64,000 nucleotides of DNA, from assembly GCA_034418415.1 (NCBI GenBank), contig DAOULS010000111.1:1157-65156 (forward strand), given 5' to 3'. The DNA comes from Dehalococcoidales bacterium. GTDB taxonomy: Bacteria > Chloroflexota > Dehalococcoidia > Dehalococcoidales > RBG-16-60-22. Below the pieces are notes generated by a model. The model was not told the DNA's origin and did no database searches. It saw nothing but the letters and a program-made list of their open reading frames with translations. Of the stretch, positions 27,774-36,510 are shown piece by piece (the first letter of the stretch is position 1; each line of letters starts with the position of its first letter). A program made the position numbers and the translations under genes.

Positions 27774-28094
27774 ATGAAGATAGATACAGGAGTGAGAGGG
27801 TGCGGAAGCAGCGTGAGGAATAGAAAAGATATAAATCGATTGAGTCAAGAAGAAGCAGCCAAGAAGAAAAAAGCCATTCTTACCGCGCTTACTAAAGCCT
27901 CTGAAGATTATCTTTCATCTAAAGGGCGCGATGACGCTTTTGATGGTGAGCCTGATGATTACTACACGCTCTCCCGCGATGAGATGGAAGCACTCGTTAA
28001 CGGCGATATTAAAAAAATAGAAAACTGGGTCAGCAATATGGACAGGAAACACGCCACCCATTTATTGCGCTGGCTCATTAAGGAAAGATGGTAA
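27774..28094 (+). CDS. Hypothetical protein
   Basis: 106-aa ORF filling the gap between the regulator and acs; no motif recognised. Confidence 0.55.
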   Translation: MKIDTGVRGCGSSVRNRKDINRLSQEEAAKKKKAILTALTKASEDYLSSKGRDDAFDGEPDDYYTLSRDEMEALVNGDIKKIENWVSNMDRKHATHLLRWLIKERW

Positions 28095-28160
28095 AGGGAG
28101 GGTAATATACCCACCCTTTTATTATTATTCGCTGCATATTAGCAGGAATAAGAAAAGGAG

Positions 28161-30581
28161 ATGAACAAAATGGTTGAGAGTAAAAGAGTACTGATTGCGG
28201 ATGATGAAAGTATCGTGAGAGATTCGCTGGCTGACTGGCTGACTGACCACGGTTATGAGGTCGTTACCGCCGCCAACGGTGACGAAACGGTGGAGAAGCT
28301 CAATGAGAATGATAATCTGGGTGTTGTTGTCCTTGACGTACGCATGCCCGGTAAAGATGGCATCTCTATCCTGGAGGAGACCAGGCAGCATCACCCCGAC
28401 CTTAAATACATCATTATCAGCGGCTATCCGTCCGTGGATGTCATGAGCCGGGGCATCAGACTGGGCGCTGTTGGTTTCCTGGTAAAGCCCTTTAACCCTG
28501 AAGAACTGGAAAAAATGGTAAAGCACGCCATATATGGTAACGGGGATGTTCAGGCCATCACTTCGGAGGAAGAGGCCGAAAGGTCCGAGGCGGATATGCT
28601 CGGACAGATTTCCGGCAAAGAAATAGCCTCTATGATGGCGGAGAACCGTGTGTTCGAGCCTTCTCAAGAATTTTCCGGCGTGGCGGCTATCCGCAGCCTT
28701 GAAGAATACAAAGCCCTCTATAACTGGTCGGTAAAGGACCCGGAGGGATTCTGGGGCCAGATGGCAAACCAGCTGGACTGGTTTAAGAAGTGGGACAAGT
28801 TCCTGGAATATGATTTTAAAGACAAACCTGAAATACGCTACTTTATCGGCGGTAAAATCAATGTCAGCTATAACTGCCTTGACCGACACCTTAATACATG
28901 GAGGAAAAACAAAGCTGCCCTTATCTGGCAGGGTGAGCCGGATGATGATACTCGCGTCTATACTTACCAGCAGCTGTTCCGCGAGGTATGTAAATTCGCC
29001 AATGTTCTGAAAAAGCACGGCGTCAAGAAAGGCGATACCGTTTCCATCTACCTGCCCATGATTCCGGAGCTGGCTATATCCATGCTGGCCTGTGTGCGTA
29101 TCGGCGCTATTCACAGCGTGGTCTTCGGAGGTTTCAGCGCCGAGGCCCTGCGCGACCGGATTCAGGACTGCGGCTCGAAGGTGCTCATCACCGCTGACGG
29201 CTACTGGCGTAGCAGCAAGCAAATCGGTAGCAAGGTCAATGCCGATAACGCTCTTAAGGAATGCCCGACCGTCCAGAAAACCATTATCGTGAAACGACTT
29301 GGCATTGAAATCCCGATGCAGGCGGGCAGGGACTTATGGTGGCACAATGAAATGGACGCTCCGGATATCTCTTCCGTCTGTGAAGCTGAAAAAATGGATG
29401 CCGACGCGCCTCTGTTTATCCTCTATACCAGCGGCAGTACCGGCAAGCCCAAGGGTGTTCTCCACACGCAGGGAGGCTATCTTCTGCACTGTTACCAGAC
29501 CATGAAATGGATATTTGATACTAAAGACGAAGATACATACTGGTGTACCGCGGATGTCGGCTGGGTTACCGGCCACAGCTATATCGTTTACGGTCCCTTG
29601 GCTATCGGTGCCGCCAGTCTCATGTTCGAAAGCGTGCCTACCTACCCCGCCCCCGACAGGTTTTGGCAAATCGTGGAAAAATTCGGCGTAAACGTATTCT
29701 ATACCGCCCCCACCGTTATCAGGGCTTTGATGAGAGAGGGCGAGGAATGGCCGAATAAGTATAATCTTTCCAGTCTTAGACTCCTTGGCAGCGTCGGTGA
29801 GCCAATTAATCCGGAAGCCTGGATGTGGTACCACCGCGTTATCGGCAAGGAAAAATGCCCTATCGTTGACACCTGGTGGCAGACGGAAACCGGTGGTATC
29901 CTCATTACTCCCCTCCCCGGCGCCATCCCCACTAAACCTGGCTCTGCAACCCTCCCGTTCCCGGGCGTCGAGCCGATAATCTTGAGGGAAAACGGGACCG
30001 AAGCCGGCATCAACGAGGGCGGCTGGCTCTGCATCAAGAAACCCTGGCCGGGCATGATGCGTACTCTCTGGGGCGACCCGGAACGGTTTAAACTGACTTA
30101 CTTCTCTAAATTCCCCGGCTACTACTGCACCGGCGACGGCGCTCGGAAGGACCTGGATGGCTATTACTGGCTTATGGGTCGTATCGACGACGTAATTAAT
30201 GTATCCGGACATCGTATCGGTACTGCCGAGGTTGAAAGCAGCCTTGTCTCCCATCCCAAGGTAGCCGAGGCCGCCGTAGTCGGTATGCCGCACAAACTGA
30301 AAGGCCAGGGCATCTATGCCTACGTTACCCTCAAGACCGGCGTAACCGTGACTCCGGACATGGAGAAAGAACTCAAGACCCATGTGCGTCAGCAAATCGG
30401 CCCGATTGCCACCCCGGACGTTATTCAGATGGCTGACGGCCTACCCAAGACGCGCAGCGGTAAAATCATGCGGCGTATCCTCGTGAAAATTGCCGCCGGC
30501 GACACCGGCAACCTGGGTGATACCTCCACCCTCGCCGACCCATCGGTGGTGCAGACGCTATTGGCGGGCAAGAAGTCATAA
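28161..30581 (+). CDS. acs: Acetyl-CoA synthetase (AMP-forming) fused to an N-terminal receiver domain
   Basis: REC: [21 protein letters not shown]. Acs: [62 protein letters not shown]. Confidence 0.92.
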   Translation: MNKMVESKRVLIADDESIVRDSLADWLTDHGYEVVTAANGDETVEKLNENDNLGVVVLDVRMPGKDGISILEETRQHHPDLKYIIISGYPSVDVMSRGIRLGAVGFLVKPFNPEELEKMVKHAIYGNGDVQAITSEEEAERSEADMLGQISGKEIASMMAENRVFEPSQEFSGVAAIRSLEEYKALYNWSVKDPEGFWGQMANQLDWFKKWDKFLEYDFKDKPEIRYFIGGKINVSYNCLDRHLNTWRKNKAALIWQGEPDDDTRVYTYQQLFREVCKFANVLKKHGVKKGDTVSIYLPMIPELAISMLACVRIGAIHSVVFGGFSAEALRDRIQDCGSKVLITADGYWRSSKQIGSKVNADNALKECPTVQKTIIVKRLGIEIPMQAGRDLWWHNEMDAPDISSVCEAEKMDADAPLFILYTSGSTGKPKGVLHTQGGYLLHCYQTMKWIFDTKDEDTYWCTADVGWVTGHSYIVYGPLAIGAASLMFESVPTYPAPDRFWQIVEKFGVNVFYTAPTVIRALMREGEEWPNKYNLSSLRLLGSVGEPINPEAWMWYHRVIGKEKCPIVDTWWQTETGGILITPLPGAIPTKPGSATLPFPGVEPIILRENGTEAGINEGGWLCIKKPWPGMMRTLWGDPERFKLTYFSKFPGYYCTGDGARKDLDGYYWLMGRIDDVINVSGHRIGTAEVESSLVSHPKVAEAAVVGMPHKLKGQGIYAYVTLKTGVTVTPDMEKELKTHVRQQIGPIATPDVIQMADGLPKTRSGKIMRRILVKIAAGDTGNLGDTSTLADPSVVQTLLAGKKS

Positions 30582-30593
30582 AAACCCTGTGCG

Positions 30594-30630
30594 ATAACGG
30601 CCGGGGCAGGGAATCCTCCCCGGTCGTTTG
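30594..30630 (+). terminator. Hairpin after acs
   Basis: aacggccgggg ... ccccggtcgtt followed by tgttgtatt. Confidence 0.55.
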
Positions 30631-30635
30631 TTGTA

Positions 30636-31238
30636 TTGAACTATATTATTTGGAGGTATTTCGTGTCACAAATCTCGGCTAAGGAAGAACCGCAATGGGC
30701 AAACCCGGGCGCTCTAGGCCTGGCGGCGTTCGGGTTCAACACTGTCCTGCTCCAGATTCATAATATCGGCTGGATAGACAGCTACATGCCCCTTATTTAC
30801 GGCATCTTCTGGGGAGGTATCGCCCAGATAATCGCTGGTGTCATCGACGGAAAGCGGGGCGATACCTTCGGACTGACCGCTTTCGTGTCCTACGGTGCGT
30901 TCTGGATAGGTATCGCAATGGCTTTCGTTTTCCAGTGGACCGGCGTTGTTACGCTGGATAGTACCGGTCTAGCTTGGACGTTCATCATGTGGGGTATATT
31001 CACTGCCTTCATGATGGTCGGCACGCTAAAGATGACCTTCGTGCATTTCTTCGTGTTCGCCTCGCTGGTGGTGCTTTTTGCCCTCCTGGCGGCACACAAG
31101 TTCGGCGTTATCTCGGCTGTACCTGCTGGCATCGAGGGGCTCTTCTGCGGCGCGGCAGCGGCTTACGGCGCGGCGGCGGTCATCATCAACGGTAAGTTCG
31201 GGCGAGCTGTCCTTCCTATGGGAAGAATGTTCAAATAA
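30636..31238 (+). CDS. satP: GPR1/FUN34/YaaH (SatP) acetate/succinate transporter
   Basis: WANPGALGLAAFG, GGIAQIIAG, DTFGLTAFVSYGAFW. The start may be the GTG at ~30663. Confidence 0.9.
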   Translation: MNYIIWRYFVSQISAKEEPQWANPGALGLAAFGFNTVLLQIHNIGWIDSYMPLIYGIFWGGIAQIIAGVIDGKRGDTFGLTAFVSYGAFWIGIAMAFVFQWTGVVTLDSTGLAWTFIMWGIFTAFMMVGTLKMTFVHFFVFASLVVLFALLAAHKFGVISAVPAGIEGLFCGAAAAYGAAAVIINGKFGRAVLPMGRMFK

Positions 31239-31262
31239 ATCGCTGATTCATAATAATAGTCG

Positions 31263-31310
31263 GGCGGCTGGGAAGGTAATAATCGTGAGTTCCCAGCCGC
31301 TTCATTATTT
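31263..31310 (+). terminator. Intrinsic terminator after satP
   Basis: gcggctgggaa / ttcccagccgc followed by a T-rich tail. Confidence 0.65.
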
Positions 31311-31366
31311 TACTTGCTATTCAAGATATACTGATTGTATCATAGGTAACTGGAGCGCTTATTATC

Positions 31367-32371
31367 ATGGATAGTGACTTAGTTCCCCCCGGCCTTAACT
31401 ACCTGGCTGATAACGTAATCACGAAGCAGAATATCCTCGGTGTCAGCAAGGAACAGGGAGCGCGCTGGGCGAAAAAGCTGGGCCTTCCTACCACTGCCGA
31501 GACTATGTTTTTCGCTGGCTGCGGCTACCAGTTTTCGCCGCAGCTGGAAGTATTGATGTCCCTGGCTCGGGGTACCGATAAAAGCGTTATCGGCTCCGAA
31601 CTCCCCATGCGCTTTGCCCGATTTCAGAAGAAACTGGGACTCAACCTGCCCGGTATTTATAGTAATGTTCTTTCACGTGGTGCTGCCGGTGAGGTCAAGC
31701 CGCTGGAGGCTGCCGTTAAAGCGTTGCGTAAGCTTGGCATTCAACCCGGCTACCTGGCGGAAAAAGAGCCCTGCTGCGGTGCCACGCTTTATCATGCCGG
31801 GCTTCAGAGCAAGTTTGTGGAAAATGCACGCCAGGCTTATAAAGTACTCAAGGATGCTGGCGTCAAGAGCGTTATAGGCGTTGTACCTTATTGCACTCAC
31901 GCGTTAAAGACACTCTTTCCCCGCTTTATCGACGGTTATGATATAGAAGTAAAACATCTACTGGAACTGGTCGCCGAGAAAGTCTCCCTCTTTAAACTCC
32001 GTTACCCTCACCCGGTCAGGGTGACCTATCACGACCCCTGCCAGATGGTCCGCTACATGAACCTGGTGGAAGAGCCGCGCCGGATTCTTGGTTCCATCGA
32101 GGGTGTTATACTGGTGGAACCGGAGTGGACACGCGGCGAGTGGGCGACCTGCTGCGGCGGCGGGGGCGGCTTTGAGACGGTCTTCCCGGAACTAAGCGAG
32201 GTACTGGCGGTCAACCGTGTCAAGGAGTTGCTGGAAAATAAACCGGATATTATCGTTACGCATTGTCCCGGCTGCATCATGCAGCTCAAGGACGGACTGC
32301 GCAAGCTGAAAGTTAAAAATGTCGATGTGCTTGACCTGATGGAGGTCGTCGCCACGGCGATGGAACCATGA
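31367..32371 (+). CDS. CCG-domain Fe-S protein (LutA/GlcF-like)
   Basis: FFAGC, EPCCG, YHDPCQ, TCCGGGGG, THCPGC. Confidence 0.85.
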   Translation: MDSDLVPPGLNYLADNVITKQNILGVSKEQGARWAKKLGLPTTAETMFFAGCGYQFSPQLEVLMSLARGTDKSVIGSELPMRFARFQKKLGLNLPGIYSNVLSRGAAGEVKPLEAAVKALRKLGIQPGYLAEKEPCCGATLYHAGLQSKFVENARQAYKVLKDAGVKSVIGVVPYCTHALKTLFPRFIDGYDIEVKHLLELVAEKVSLFKLRYPHPVRVTYHDPCQMVRYMNLVEEPRRILGSIEGVILVEPEWTRGEWATCCGGGGGFETVFPELSEVLAVNRVKELLENKPDIIVTHCPGCIMQLKDGLRKLKVKNVDVLDLMEVVATAMEP

Positions 32372-33579
32372 AAAAACAGTCGGACTTCAAGAGCTATAAG
32401 AAAGAAATCATGGGCGCCGCTTACAATGAGCGCCTGCGCCTGGCGCTTTCGCGCGCTGTCAGGAGCTTCCGCGCCAATGTGAAAAATGCCCTTAAAAAGT
32501 TCCCTCATACCGAAAAGCTTGCGGATGAAGTCCTCGAAATTAAGAAAAAAGCCATCCCGGACATGGAAAAACTGGCCCGACAGGCTGTTGCTGCCATCGA
32601 GGAAAATAAGGGTAAGGGTTATATCGCCCGCACGGCGGAAGAAGCCTTGGAAATCATCTCCGACCTCGTCGGGACGAAGAAACTCATTGTAAAAGGCAAG
32701 TCCATGACCGGCGAGGAAATCGGACTCCGCGAGCACCTGGAAGAAGCCGGCAACGAGGTCTATGAGACCGACCTCGGGGAATTTATTATTCAGAAAATGG
32801 GGTCGCGTCCCATGCATATCCTGTCGCCTGCCATCCACGTACCCCGCGAGGATGTTGCCCGTCTGTTCTCGAAAATCATGGGACAAGAAATCGCGCCCGA
32901 TGCCGAGATTGCGGACATGGTAGCGGCGGCCCGGGAATATCTTAGGGACAAGTTCTTCCGCGCTGATATCGGCATCAGCGGTGCCAACGTTGTCGCCGCC
33001 GAGACTGGCACGCTCTTCATTATTGAAAACGAGGGTAATATCCGTCTCGCCACTGGCGCCCCGCCCGTCCACATCGCTCTGGTCGGCATGGAAAAACTGG
33101 TGCCCTCTTTAAGCGACGCCTTTAAAGTCAGCGAGGTTACCTGGCGCTATGCCAATTACACCATTCCTTCCTATGTGAGTATGGTATCCGGCCCCAGCAA
33201 GACCGGCGATATTGAAAAGGTCACCACCTACGGCGCTCACGGCCCTAGGGAATTTCACGTCATCTTTCTCGACGGTGGCAGGACACGACTGGCTAAATAT
33301 CCCCGTCTCCGACAAGCACTCTACTGCCTGCGCTGCGGCGGCTGTCTTTACGAGTGCCCGGTCTTTGCCGTGACCGCTGGCCATTTCGGAGATAGATACT
33401 TTACCGGCATCGGCGCCGTCTGGGCAGCTATCGTGAATGAAGATAAAGAAAAAGCGGCGTCTCTTGCCTATACCTGCCTTACCTGCGGGCGCTGCCGCCA
33501 GCGATGTCCCGTGAAAATCGACGTGCCGGAAATGGTTATCGAGTTGCGCAGGTTTCTGGCGGAAGGCGAACCGGAATAA
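32368..33579 (+). CDS. LutB-like lactate-utilisation Fe-S protein (LUD domain + ferredoxin)
   Basis: VKGKSMTGEEI, ETDLGEFIIQ, NEGN, GAHGP, CLRCGGCLYECP, CLTCGRCRQRCP. Confidence 0.85.
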   Translation: MKKQSDFKSYKKEIMGAAYNERLRLALSRAVRSFRANVKNALKKFPHTEKLADEVLEIKKKAIPDMEKLARQAVAAIEENKGKGYIARTAEEALEIISDLVGTKKLIVKGKSMTGEEIGLREHLEEAGNEVYETDLGEFIIQKMGSRPMHILSPAIHVPREDVARLFSKIMGQEIAPDAEIADMVAAAREYLRDKFFRADIGISGANVVAAETGTLFIIENEGNIRLATGAPPVHIALVGMEKLVPSLSDAFKVSEVTWRYANYTIPSYVSMVSGPSKTGDIEKVTTYGAHGPREFHVIFLDGGRTRLAKYPRLRQALYCLRCGGCLYECPVFAVTAGHFGDRYFTGIGAVWAAIVNEDKEKAASLAYTCLTCGRCRQRCPVKIDVPEMVIELRRFLAEGEPE

Positions 33580-34424
33580 TGCGTACTATTAAAGTCGATG
33601 TAATTACCGACGCTATTGCTAATTTATTTAAAAAGGCTAATTATACGCTGGGAGATGATGTTCTTGTCGCGCTGAAAAAAGCACGCCGGGAGGAAGAGTC
33701 ACTCGCCGGCCGAGAAGCTCTGGACGTTATTATCGAAAATGCCTGTGTTGCCGCCGAAGAGAAAATACCGCTTTGCCAGGACTGTGGCACCGCCGTTGTC
33801 TTTCTGGAAATTGGTCAGGATGTCCATATTGAGGGTGGTGACCTTTATGCTGCCGTTAATGAGGGCGTGCGAAAGGCGTATAAAGAAGGTTATTTGCGTA
33901 AGTCCATGGTTGACCGACCCTTTTCCGACCGTGAAAATACAGGCGATAACACCCCGGCTGTAGTCCATACTGATGTTGTCCCGGGCGATAAACTGAAAAT
34001 CATCGTGTTACCTAAGGGGGGTGGTGCGGAGAACATGGCTAAACTCGGCATGTTGCTGCCGGCCTCCGGTAAAAAGGGCGTTATCGACTTCGTGGTTAAT
34101 GCCGTTAATGAAGCCTGGAGCAATCCCTGCCCGCCTGTTATCGTTGGGGTGGGTATTGGCGGCACTGCGGAAAAAGCCATGATGCTGGCAAAACACGCCC
34201 TGATTAGAAAAGTAGGGCAGCCCAGTCCCGATAAAGAGACCGCTGCCATCGAAAAGGAAATTTTATATAAAGTTAATAACCTCGGCATCGGCCCGATGGG
34301 CTATGGCGGCAGGATAACGGCTTTAGCTGTGCACGTGGAGACCTTCCCCGCCCATATCACCGCTCTCCCCGTAGCGGTCAATCTGCAGTGTCACTCCGCC
34401 CGTCACCGAGAAGTAGTGCTCTAG
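33579..34424 (+). CDS. Class I fumarate hydratase / tartrate dehydratase alpha subunit
   Basis: PLCQDCGT, GYLRKSMV, NTGDNTP, PKGGGAEN, NPCPP, NLQCHSARH. Start at the ATG at 33579 overlapping the upstream TAA (track start 33504). Confidence 0.9.
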   Translation: MRTIKVDVITDAIANLFKKANYTLGDDVLVALKKARREEESLAGREALDVIIENACVAAEEKIPLCQDCGTAVVFLEIGQDVHIEGGDLYAAVNEGVRKAYKEGYLRKSMVDRPFSDRENTGDNTPAVVHTDVVPGDKLKIIVLPKGGGAENMAKLGMLLPASGKKGVIDFVVNAVNEAWSNPCPPVIVGVGIGGTAEKAMMLAKHALIRKVGQPSPDKETAAIEKEILYKVNNLGIGPMGYGGRITALAVHVETFPAHITALPVAVNLQCHSARHREVVL

Positions 34425-34434
34425 AGAAGATATA

Positions 34435-34986
34435 ATGGCAAAGAAAATAACACTCCCTTTAACTAAAGAAACAATAAAAAGCCTCAAATCCGGTGATAAT
34501 CTTCTGCTTTCCGGTGTCCTCTACGTTGCCCGCGATGCTGCCCATCGCCGGATGGTAGAGGCTTTAGATAAAGGAGAGCCCCTCCCCTTTGATATCAAAG
34601 ACCAGACGCTCTACTACATGGGACCTTCTCCCGCCCCGCCCGGCAGGGTTATCGGCTCTGCTGGTCCTACCACCAGCGCGCGTATGGATGCTTATACCCC
34701 CTGCCTCCTTACCGCCGGAATCAAAGGTTTGATTGGCAAGGGCGTGCGTTCTCGAGAGGTTAAGGAAGCCCTGAAAAAGTATCAAGCTGTCTATCTGGCA
34801 GCCGTCGGCGGCGCCGGCGCTCTTGTTTCCAAAACAATCGTAAAATCTGAAGTAGTTGCCTATCCCGACCTCGGTCCCGAGGCCGTTCTCAAGCTTGAAG
34901 TGAAAAATTTCCCGGCCACTGTTATCAATGATATCTACGGCAGCGACTTGTACGTTGAGGGGAAAAAGAAGTATCAGAAAGACTAG
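34435..34986 (+). CDS. Class I fumarate hydratase / tartrate dehydratase beta subunit
   Basis: ARDAAHRR, YYMGP, GSAGPTTSARMD, IGKG, DLGPEA. Confidence 0.9.
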   Translation: MAKKITLPLTKETIKSLKSGDNLLLSGVLYVARDAAHRRMVEALDKGEPLPFDIKDQTLYYMGPSPAPPGRVIGSAGPTTSARMDAYTPCLLTAGIKGLIGKGVRSREVKEALKKYQAVYLAAVGGAGALVSKTIVKSEVVAYPDLGPEAVLKLEVKNFPATVINDIYGSDLYVEGKKKYQKD

Positions 34987-34987
34987 T

Positions 34988-35368
34988 CTATTTTTGTTCC
35001 TTTGCTATCTTGTCATCCAGCAGCTTTTCCGCTTCTTCCCTCGTAGCGACGATATCAGGTACATAATCTACACTCTTGCCCATCCTGGAGAACTGCATAC
35101 TTGTAAGCTTGAATTTACCCTCCACCCGGATAGCATGCCTGACGCCGGCCTTTTTTAGATAAGCCTGGCCGCGGGCTACTTCATCGAGCGTGTCCTGACC
35201 GACAGGCTTGAATTCCGAGAGGTCTGTAATAACATCAAAACCCGGTTTAAGTTTCTTAACCTCCGAAATAGTCTTATCGGTGCACTCTTTCATCTCTTTA
35301 TAATCAAAATATCCCACCATCTTAGAGTATAATCTGTTTTTCTTAATATCTGCTTCAACGGTAAACAT
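34988..35368 (-). CDS. Hypothetical protein, possible STAS/SpoIIAA-like fold
   Basis: RBS GGAG upstream; alternating beta/alpha pattern (VITDLSEF). Fold is an inference. Confidence 0.6.
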   Translation of the reverse strand: MFTVEADIKKNRLYSKMVGYFDYKEMKECTDKTISEVKKLKPGFDVITDLSEFKPVGQDTLDEVARGQAYLKKAGVRHAIRVEGKFKLTSMQFSRMGKSVDYVPDIVATREEAEKLLDDKIAKEQK

Positions 35369-35578
35369 GGCAGACTCCTTCCCGGGACTTGTGTTTTTAG
35401 TAGCTTCGACAGTTATTGCAAAGTGTCTTATGTGAAAAAAAGTTTACACCATAAGCGGTGATTTATCAAGGAATGATGGCCTCTACATCTTTACCTGACG
35501 GCGAAAAAAAGCTAAAATATAAGTGTCTGAACATCCTCACGAATGCCGAGAAATCGTAGTTTGCGGACGTGAAAAATT

Positions 35579-36496
35579 TTGGCTAAAGAAGTCCTCGACT
35601 GGCTGCTGGAAGGATCTGCATGGCTCAAGTATGCCGTCGAACTCCAATTGCTTGACCAAAAACCAGGAACAGACACGGCACTTAAGGATAATTCTATCCG
35701 GAAAATCATCTCCCGAATCAAAGGCAATGACGTCGGCATACCCGCCATAAAGTCGGGCAGGGTGCATTACACGGAGGCAGGCAAGGCTTATTGGGACCTG
35801 TTTTTCCTAGCGGACATCGGGCTGACGGTAAAAGATGCCGGCCTTGAAGCGGAAGCGGAAGAAATCTTTAAATTTCAGTCGCGCGACGGCACCTTCACCA
35901 TGCCTCCTAACGTACAGGATAACTATTTCTGTATGTCGGCGATACTTATCGCCTCGCTGGCGAAGATGGGCTATCGCGACGACCCGCGGGTGATAAAATA
36001 TATCCGCGCCGCGATGGGCACCCAGATGCCGGGCGGCGGTTGGGACTGCTACGGCGACAGTTACGTGATTGGGGATTCCTGCCCGATGGACGACATGAAT
36101 ATCCTGATGCTGCTGGGGCAATACCTCGATTACCGCAATAACCCCGGACTCTACGGTGCTATTGATAACCTGCTGACGCACTGGCAGGAAAGAACTCATC
36201 TTTACGGATTTGGGGTAGGTAAACGCTTCCGCAGCCTGCAGTATCCGGCGGTAAAGTACGGCATCCTGCGGGTATTGGATGTGCTTTCGTTTTTTCCTTA
36301 CGCTGTTAAAAGTCCGGCCTTTCAAAACATGCTGGACTGCGTACACGCTAAAATTGCTGACGGACGTTATTTTGCCGAAGCTGCTGATATGGTTTATACT
36401 GATTTTGACTTCAGCCAGACCAGAGAGCCCAGCCGCTGGATTACGTTTCTTGTGAGCAGAATTGATAAAAGGATTGAAAGTATCCAATCAGGTTAA
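35579..36496 (+). CDS. (alpha/alpha)6-barrel prenyltransferase/squalene-cyclase-like protein, copy 2
   Basis: VLDWLLEG..WLKY, QSRDGTF, QMPGGGWDC, LQYP..KYGILRVLDVL, PSRWITF. TTG start. Confidence 0.7.
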   Translation: MAKEVLDWLLEGSAWLKYAVELQLLDQKPGTDTALKDNSIRKIISRIKGNDVGIPAIKSGRVHYTEAGKAYWDLFFLADIGLTVKDAGLEAEAEEIFKFQSRDGTFTMPPNVQDNYFCMSAILIASLAKMGYRDDPRVIKYIRAAMGTQMPGGGWDCYGDSYVIGDSCPMDDMNILMLLGQYLDYRNNPGLYGAIDNLLTHWQERTHLYGFGVGKRFRSLQYPAVKYGILRVLDVLSFFPYAVKSPAFQNMLDCVHAKIADGRYFAEAADMVYTDFDFSQTREPSRWITFLVSRIDKRIESIQSG

Positions 36497-36510
36497 AAGA
36501 AAGGGGCATA

